From contig JAAOMT010000128.1 of the NCBI GenBank assembly GCA_016748015.1, positions 2,177,538 through 2,241,537 on the forward strand: a DNA stretch of 64,000 bases. Reading direction: 5' to 3'. This stretch comes from Geosiphon pyriformis uo1 (lineage: Eukaryota > Fungi > Glomeromycota). The notes under the pieces are model-generated. The model had not been told where the DNA came from. It worked only from the letters and a program-made list of their open reading frames with translations, and did not search any database. This document shows positions 55,596-64,000 of this stretch, one piece after another; within the stretch, counting starts at the first letter, position 1, and each line of letters opens with the position of its first letter. Position numbers and translations under genes: made by a program.

Positions 55596-56872
55596 ATGAA
55601 AAATAAAGACTCATTGATTCCGAATTTTTTTCGATGGATTTCCGTCCTATGTATACTTATCATATTTAATGAAATTATAAAAATCAATTACACTTTTCAT
55701 GCATTACAAATCAAAAATTCTCAAAATCTCTCAAATTTAAGCAGCAAAGAACATGATTCTTTGTTTATTTCTTTAAGTGAAAACGAAAAATCATTAACTC
55801 TCCGACAGCAAATAGATCAACCATTGAAGAAAAAATGGAGAGTTAAGGACTCAAATACGTTTTCAGTTTTGAGGGATATGGCAAAATTTTCAGGACAATT
55901 ATACTGTCTGAATAAATATAGTGGCTATTTGTCAAATGGAGTCACTGGTAATTTTTTTTAATTCTCGAAAAAAATTAGAAAAAAACTAATTTAAATTCTT
56001 AATTTAAGCTTTATTCCTTTTAAGAGGAAAAACCTACTCAATTTCGTTTAATCAACCAAGGAAAGCAATTATATCCAGCTTCAAGGGTCAAAATTTGACT
56101 TATGATAAAATGGTAGATTTACATCAAAACGATGAACTTGTAAACTATAATAATGATAAAGTATACAAAGTCTCTAAAAATTTTTATAATCGATGGCTTT
56201 CATGTGAGGCAGAAGCATTGAGAATTTTACGTCCATACGTTTACGTTCGAGATTACCAAGACTTTGGTTTTATATTTACAGGTCATGGAGAAGGAGGAGG
56301 TAAATTTTTTTATTTTCTATTATTTAGAAGTTTATAATCTCATGTAATAGTTTAACCTTGTGGCAGTTAACTCATTTATGTTTCACTTTTTTCAAAAGTC
56401 TTTGCCTTATTCGCTGCTTTGGCTTTTGCCAGGCTTTATAGAAGAAGAATACTTGCGGTAACTTTTGGGATGCCTAGAATAGGAAATTATGCATTTTCGA
56501 GACTTGTAGAGATAGAAATTTACCACTGGAGAGTGACCCATAGCGATGATTATGTGCCTTTATTTTTTGGAGAAAAGTTTTGGCATCAAAGAGTTGAGTA
56601 TTGGATCCCAGGTGACCGCGATTGTAACTGTGACTCAGAGAATGACATTCCTTTATATAGGTGTGAGAATCTGTGGCTTGTTTTCGAAAATCCGGTAGGA
56701 AATTAATTTGATGTTTGAGTTTTTCCAATATTCCTGTTCTAATTTCTAAAGGTTATTTTAGCATTGTAATCAACTTTATATGCCACCAAAACCCCTGCTT
56801 CCATTCCCACATACTACTGCACATGACGGGCCTTATTTTGGTCAATTAATGGGCGAATGTAATGGCCCATAA
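55596..56872 (+). CDS. Class-3 lipase-like paralog L12 (GHGEGG)
   Basis: TM, FSGQLYCL, SFKG, TGHGEGG, TFGMPRIGN, RVTHSDDYVP, AHDGPYFG. Confidence 0.88.
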
Positions 56873-57424
56873 TATGAATGAAAGTTCAGATAATGGTGCA
56901 GTTAAAAATTGAATTAAGGAATTAAGTGAGAATTTCCCTTTTTGTTGCTTCATACAAAAAAATTTTCCATTTCTCCTCTTTACATTGATTTAGTATTGGA
57001 CATTTTCAAAAACCAATTTCAAAATTTATAAAAAATATCCATTCCAGTGTTTTAAAACAGCTCTTCATTTTAATATATAGAGTTAATCTCATGAATACCC
57101 CCAAAAATGCTGTGCAAAGTTTTGAAATCGAACATACAAAAGAACTTATCACAAATATTTTGAAGAGGAGGCAATCTCGTTCAAGAATTTTAAAGTTTAT
57201 TAAATTATTATTATGAGGATTAGAATTCATTCCAACCAAATTTGTGGAACTTTTTATGTACAGATATTTTTTCACACCAAAGATCTAATGGCGTTTTTAA
57301 CGCTTAATATAAAAATTATTTCTTATAAAATTTTGTTATTGATTGCCAAATTAGTTTTCTAAAAATTAGTTTTGGTTATAATACTGGCTAATTGCATTCA
57401 CTTGATCATATAATTTGGTCAAGA

Positions 57425-57768
57425 TATAATAGGCAATACTAAAAATCGCTGTGTAACGCCTACTATTTCCCGCATGGGTTACCCTCCAATTCTTTTAATA
57501 TTGCCATATTGACTAGCTGACCCGATATCGCTGAGGTGTTTGTAAGTTGAAAATCGAGAGAGCAGGAACTAATTTTGTCGCTCGAGATCCTCTTTTTACT
57601 TTGCAGGAGAGACACGGGTTTAGAAGGAACCTTTCTTGATAGCGAAAAATTTACCTCACGAAAGAGTGAGGTGAGAAGAGAAAAGTGGGGTGTTTATCTT
57701 TGGGATTTTGAACCTAATAAGCGTTACTAAACTGCTGATTAATGTTTTTATTAATAATAGTCATTATT
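57425..57768 (-). mobile_element. Non-autonomous ~345 bp deletion derivative of the IS607/Fanzor element (copy 5)
   Basis: Left end matches 16752-16840. TnpA TRVSPAK*KEDLERQ..SRFSTY..SDIGS fused at ~57515 to the Fanzor zinc-finger region, then the structured right end. Confidence 0.82.
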
Positions 57769-58128
57769 AGGTAAATCTTTTCATCCGGGAACAAAGTATT
57801 AGAGTTTTTATGAAACACCGAAAGGCAAATAGATGCTAGAAAAGAGAAACTTAAAATAAATAGTATTTTAAAAGATTCTGTGATTTTCATTTTCTTGATG
57901 ATTGGGTGGAAATTCTACTCTTTTTTTGTAAATTTAAGCTAGTCTATTTATATTTTTAAAAAAAAATGCGTCCTATACCCAATATTTAAAAACTTAATTT
58001 TTCACAAAAATTAATGTCTCTTAATTTGCTGAAAACCATTTCTCAAACGAGAGTGTTTAGATTTGAAATTTTCATTCTTTATTACCACCCATTTTTAAAA
58101 ATATTAAATGAGCATTTAATTCACTAAA

Positions 58129-59670
58129 ATGAGAAAATCTCAAATTCTTGAAACGCAAGATAGGAACAAATTCTCGTCAATTATTTTCTTTGTCTTTTCC
58201 TGTCTATTGATAAATGGAGTGATTCTTTATAATTTTAAGGATACAAATATTTTATCAAAAAATTTTGAAAAAGATGAATCTTTGATTTCAAAAAATCTTA
58301 CAAAATATTTTTTAAGATCCAAAGATTATATAGATGGTAAAAATTTTATTAAAAAAAGATCAAGATTTGGGAGTGGAAACCAAATGATAAGATTTTATGA
58401 AGATGATGGTAATCCATTAATTAAAATTCTAAAAAATGCAGCAAAATATGCTAATTTAGCTGACTGTTTAAAAGACGAAGTTGATATGGTGGGACCTGGA
58501 GTATTCGGTAATTTCTTTTTATTAAAAAATGAACATTATATATATATATATATTTTAAGCCTTGATTAAATAATTTAATATATTATTTTAATTTAATATA
58601 TTCTTTTAAACTTTATATTTTTTCTTCAGCTAAATTTACGATTAATACTATAAACGAGAAGGTCGAGGTTAATTTTTACTTCAAAGGCGAACACTTGACT
58701 CGTGAACAATGGTTGAATCGAAAATTTAATATGAGGGATCATCCTCGTTACAATTTGGTAAAAGTAGATGAACAATTTTGGAGTCAATGGGAGTCATCTG
58801 CCGATAAAATTCGAGAAAAATTGAATCAGGTGACGAAAGAATTGGAAAAAGAATCGATTAATGACTATGTCCTCAACTTAATTGGGCATGGTATTGGGGG
58901 TGGTGAGTTGAGATTATATATATTACACCCTGAATACATTTAACATAATAATAAGACTATCAATAATAATAATTCTTTCTTTTCTTTTCTTTTCTTTTCT
59001 TTTCTTTTCTTTTCTTTTCTTTTCTTTTTCTTTCTTTTTCTTTCTTTTTCTTTCTTTTCTTTCTTTCTCTCTTTTCTTTCTTTCTCTCTTTTCTTTCTTT
59101 CTCTCTTTTCTTTCTTTCTTTTCTTTCTACTTTCTGCTTTGGTTCAATAGTTCATGCGATCTTAACGGCAGCGGCATTATGTGAGGCACAAGATAGTGAT
59201 ATAATCAATGTTTTCACATTTGGGCAGCCACGAATTGGAGACCAAGTATTCGCGTACTACATGAACATGTTACAAATAGATGAGGATTTAGACTTGAGAA
59301 TTTTTCGTATCACAAATTCTGATGACTACGTTCCTCGTTTGCCATTTTATCCATCTATTCGTGCTGTTCATCATGCTTTGGAAATTTGGATTCCCCCTGA
59401 TATTCCATCTGAATGTGAATGTCCGGAAGGTAAAATATTTTATGTTTGCATCGGGCCAATTGAAAATGAAAATGAAGGAATCATGGAGGAAAGCCGGGTA
59501 AGACTTTGAAAAAAGAATATTTAAAAATTCAAAAAATGTTCTTCAAAATAATTTTGTTTTTCAACTCTACATTTTAGCAATGTAACAATAAATATGAACA
59601 AACCCAATTGGGTACCGATTCGACACATTTTGGACCTTATTTTGGATATTTCATGGGAGGGTCATGTTAA
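58129..59670 (+). CDS. Class-3 lipase-like paralog L13 (GHGIGG)
   Basis: TM, YANLADCL, YFKG, IGHGIGG, TFGQPRIGD, RITNSDDYVPRLP, HHALEIWI, THFGPYFG. Confidence 0.88.
58974..59135. repeat. Polypyrimidine compound microsatellite (TTTTC)n/(TTTC)n in intron 2 of L13
   Basis: ~160 nt almost purely C/T. Confidence 0.95.
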
Positions 59671-60072
59671 ATTCATAGTTTCACTACCTCTTTGCTTTGA
59701 GGTTCATAAAACGCATAGTTTATTTAAAAATTTTATTTTTTAAAAAAGTTAGATTTATCCATTTGTTGAAATTAAATTTACTCATCAAAATAATGCATTT
59801 CTTGAAACGTTAAAACTTCAACATATAAATAATGGTGAACTGACCTTTTTTTCATAAAATTGAATTGAATTGAAATTCCTAATCTTTTCAAGTTTCTCCC
59901 GTGCAAGAGTAACATGAATTAATTAATTTGATACTACTCATTACAGAACTAAGGGGAAAAGTTATTATAATTATATGAAAAGTATAAAAAAATTCCCATT
60001 TATTTTAGGCTCGTTCTTAGTGTCTTTTATTTCAAAGTACTTTGGTAATTAAAATTCAAATTTCTCGAATAT

Positions 60073-61500
60073 TTATTGAGTATCACTCTGGTCTAAGGGA
60101 CATCTTCCCATAAGGTGTCCAAAGTAAGGCCCCCTATTCGCTTTTTTGCTTATAGATTTACTGCCTTTATTACAATCCTGTATTTTATTGAAGAGCATTA
60201 AATTTACAAATCTTATTTAAAAAGCATAGAAAATTATTGTCACTTACTGGATGTTCAGTTATGAAACCATCAACGATAGGCCCTGAACAAACAAAGACAT
60301 CTTGGGAACCTGGACATGAACAGTCCTCAGTGATCCAAATTTCGTAGGCATGGTGAAACAACATCGGTTCTCTCGTAGACATGGGTAATTTAGGAACATA
60401 ATCATTTGAATAAGTGACTCGGTATGCTTCTACCTTATATTTTCTAAGATCATTCACCAATTTCGCAAAATTTTTGGCACCAACTGGTGGTTGACCAAAT
60501 GTCACAATTTCAACGGGATAAGGACCAAAACTCGCATGAAAAGTTATCCCCGATAGTAAAGCGTAAACTGAGCATCGGAATATAATTATATCGGTAATTT
60601 GAACAAATTTGAGATCAGAGTTTATCAAGAAATTACAAAGAACCTTACCACCTCCCATTCCATGTCCAATGTATCGAATCTTTCTAACTTCTTTTTTTAA
60701 AGCTAGCTGTTCCAAAATTATCTCTTGTATTCTTTGAGAAGCTAATTGAAAAGCTTTGTAAAAATTCTTATCCACATTTACCACCTTTTCCAAAATTTTG
60801 CGTCCTTCTAGTTCAAAATTTCTTGATGTCCATTGATCAAATATTTTTGGGCTTCCCTCTTTAGTAAATGTTGGCCAGCTTGCTGCTGATGGTAATCCTT
60901 TAAAATATACCACTAAATCTTGTTCTCGTTTAGATTTCCCAGTTACTACTACCTTGACTGAATATAAAAATTTTAAAATCTTCATGTAATCAATTCAGTA
61001 AAACTTTTCAACTTAGTTCATAATATATATGTACCAAATACTCCTTGGATTATTTCATCACCATTTTTAGTTTTTAGGCAATAGCCTAAACTTGCCCATT
61101 TAGCTGAATCTGACAACATTTCCAATAAAACGTAATTTTTCACCTCAAGTTTTTTTTTTATGGCATCATAATTTGAATAACCAGAACTTATTGTAAAAGG
61201 AGAGTTTGATCTTGGAACTATTGATCGTGAACTGTGGTTAGCAAATTCTCTTTCCTGTGAATCAATTCCAAGATTGATAAAAGTTCTAAAGGATTTATCT
61301 TTATGAAAAAAGATTTTAGAACTTTTCGAAAAAAACTTTTGGATAGAAAAAAAGAGGACTAAGAACATTATAATGACGAATGAAATTCTTTTTTCATGTT
61401 TAAAAAAGTATCTTTGGAATGTCATTTCAAAAAAAAAAAAAAATCTGTCAAATTTCTTGTAATGAGGAATTGTGTGAACTTTGGAATTTCCACCCGTCAT
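60073..61500 (-). CDS. Class-3 lipase-like paralog L14 (GHGMGG; His position is Asn)
   Basis: TM, WASLGYCL, YFKG, IGHGMGG, TFGQPPVG, RVTYSNDYVP, ANRGPYFG. Start may be a downstream Met. Confidence 0.87.
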
Positions 61501-62785
61501 TTAAACTTTGATAAATCTCCGATATAATAAAATTTTAAGGAAATTAATAAGACATTGTTTTTATCAATCAATGAAAAAACTTTTACTTTAAAGGATCCAA
61601 ACAAATAAAATCGAGATTTTCAAGTTTCAACTCCTTAATATTTTGAACGATGTGTAAATTAAAAAAATCGTCAAATTTTTAACGGAAAAGATGTTTATTA
61701 ATCTTTTCTTCTAATTAGTTTAGCCGCAATTGAAAATAAAATATTATTATCATCGCTACTGAAGTTTAAGAGCTGATGAATCTTTACTTGATGAGAATAT
61801 TAAAAAACAAAAATTATATATATATACATAATATGAACACTAAAAATCGGAGAACTTTCTAGTCATCAAACAAATGGTCAATAGCTAGAAGTTTTGATAA
61901 TAATGAGAAATAAATAAACCTTGAAAAATATTAAATTTATCATGAAGCTCATGGGTTCAGGATGAAATATATTTAAAAATAAAATTACTCCATCAATTAA
62001 GGCATTAAATTGTTGAACTGATAAAAAAGGGAAAATTATTGATTTGGGATGTATAAAAGTGATCTCGTTTTGCCTCTTTATATATCATTAATGGCTTTTT
62101 TTAGGATATCCACCAACATATTTTATAGGCATTTCATTATAATTATCATCGCAAAAACCTTTTCCTTGATTTTATCTCAACCATCATCAAAAACTAAAAA
62201 GTATAGATTTTTCCTAAATTCAATTCATAATCAAAAAACCAATTTGATAAAATAATATTTTATAATTTAAAATTAAAATTTTTCATAAAGAAAATCTTGG
62301 AAACTAGATTAGTTTAACTGAAAAAAAAAAAGTTTTTAGGCAGAGATTTTTATTTTGAGATAAATAATATAGTTTATGATACATTTCATTAATTTTTTTG
62401 TTTAATTTAATAAAAGTATTTATTGAATTAAAAACTATTTGAAATTTCTATCTATTGGCTAAATGAGTTTTGCTTGAAAACCTTATTTTTTACTAAAATT
62501 CTTCAGATTAATCAAAAGTTCTTATTTTTTAAAACACAATGTAAAAGAAATTATTATTGACAAAAAATGTATGTTGAAACTAAAATCTAAGAAATGATTT
62601 ATGAATCAAACTTTTTGTGTAAAAGTTCATAGTAAGTTTGACTTTTCAACAGTTTTCGAATTGGAAATTATTTAAATTTGATTTTTTACAAAGATTATAA
62701 GTTGCTTCCTTGTTTATTCATGTTTAAAGAATGTAAAAAGTTACTTCAAGATCATTTCTCAAATTCTTTGTCAAACTTTTCTGCA

Positions 62786-64000
62786 TCATGATCCCTCGCT
62801 TGGATGTGGACACTCTCCCATCTTATGTCCAAAATATGGCCCAAAATTTGAATATTCTCCATCAGTTGTCGATGCATAATTACATTCCTGTAACCAAGAA
62901 TATTTTCATAATTTAGATACCATCCGGTTAATCATTTCGAATAAACATTTTGAATATTGCTCACCATGCTTTCCGTTGAAAAGTAATTTATCAGTCGCCC
63001 TTCACAAAGATAAACTGTATAATTGTTACCATTACATTCACAACTAGTATCTATCCAGATTTCGTGAGGATTATGAACTAAACCAGTATTTAAAATTTTA
63101 TGTAATCGCGGTACATAATCATCTGAATGGGTTATACGCCATGTTTCAATTTTTTTTTTTGCATTCAAACCACTGACGAATCTTGCAAATTCTTGATTTC
63201 CTATTGCTGGTTGTCCATACGTGAATATTTCGACTTTGTAGTAATGGGAATTCAATCGAAAAAATATTCCATATAATAAGGCAAAAACTAGTTGAAATAA
63301 ATTGTCAATAAAATAGATTTTAAAGGGAATACAATGAGTTTGGGCTTAAAAATATTTTTAAGATTAGGTGAAAAAAATCTTACCACCACCTATACCATGA
63401 CCTGTGAATGTTATAGTTTTAATATATTGATAGAATCTGGGTGAATTCAATAATCCCCTCATCATATTTTCCAAAAGAATAAATGCTGACATAAAAACCG
63501 AATAAAATTCTTCAACGATCAGGACGCCCGTTAGGGTGGAAAAAGGTATCAGATGGTAAATTTGTTTATACCATTGATCACGTGTGGGTACTTTTTTATT
63601 GCTAGATACTGACGACGAGTTAAAAATGGAACTTGTGCCTAGAAAATATACAACCAAGTCTTTTCGGAAAAGACCTTTATCGATTATTTCAGCTTTGGCT
63701 ATTAGCGAAAAGTTATTATAGAAATTTAAGGAAAATTATATTATTTGATATTCCTTTGACAAAAAATAAAAAATTTTGATAAAAAGCTTTCAAAATACCG
63801 AAAAACCCAGGAGTTATTTGGTTTCTAAAGTCTAGGCAGTATCCTAAACTAGAATATGAGGCAAACTGTTCAAATTTCTCCATCAAAACTTTATCAAGGG
63901 GACCAAATGCCACTTTTTGACCTCTGAAAAAAAAATCATCCCATGGATTTATTGAAAATTCTGAAGCCTGATAATCCCTTCCAGACAGAATATTTATATG
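62786..64000 (-). CDS. Class-3 lipase-like paralog L15 (GHGIGG; His position is Asn); 5' end beyond the window
   Basis: YSSLGYCL, YFLGT, TGHGIGG, TYGQPAIGN, RITHSDDYVP, SNFGPYFG. Confidence 0.85.

Noticed and set aside
1-64000. CRISPR array, rRNA or tRNA genes; bacterial origin of the window
   Set aside because: No repeat-spacer periodicity or structural RNA signatures seen; spliceosomal introns and a LINE show the DNA is eukaryotic.

Overview
AT-rich, intron-containing eukaryotic (fungal) DNA. The short AT-rich GT-AG introns, the TE repertoire and a large class-3 lipase expansion suggest an early-diverging fungus, probably Glomeromycotina (e.g. Geosiphon-like). That taxonomic call is inference only. 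Main contents: (1) five degenerate copies or derivatives of an IS607-type element carrying a serine-recombinase TnpA, a Fanzor2/TnpB RuvC nuclease and a conserved structured 3' end (candidate omega-RNA). Two are short non-autonomous derivatives sharing one deletion junction. (2) A ~41 kb array of 15 paralogous four-exon class-3 lipase-like genes (13 with no lesions seen, the last cut by the window end; 2 pseudogenes). Only one keeps a complete Ser-Asp-His triad, so this is mostly a pseudo-enzyme array. (3) A near full-length, mutation-riddled LINE (ORF1; APE-RT-RNase H; poly-A) embedded in nearly G/C-free DNA. (4) An intron-containing pogo/Tigger DNA transposon with TIRs, plus older Tigger and Tc1 remnants. 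(5) Two single-copy genes: a WD40-like protein with a C-terminal BC/SOCS-box-like motif, and a membrane-anchored coiled-coil protein with a 15-nt microexon. Exon boundaries and motifs were read by eye; coordinates of degenerate elements are approximate.
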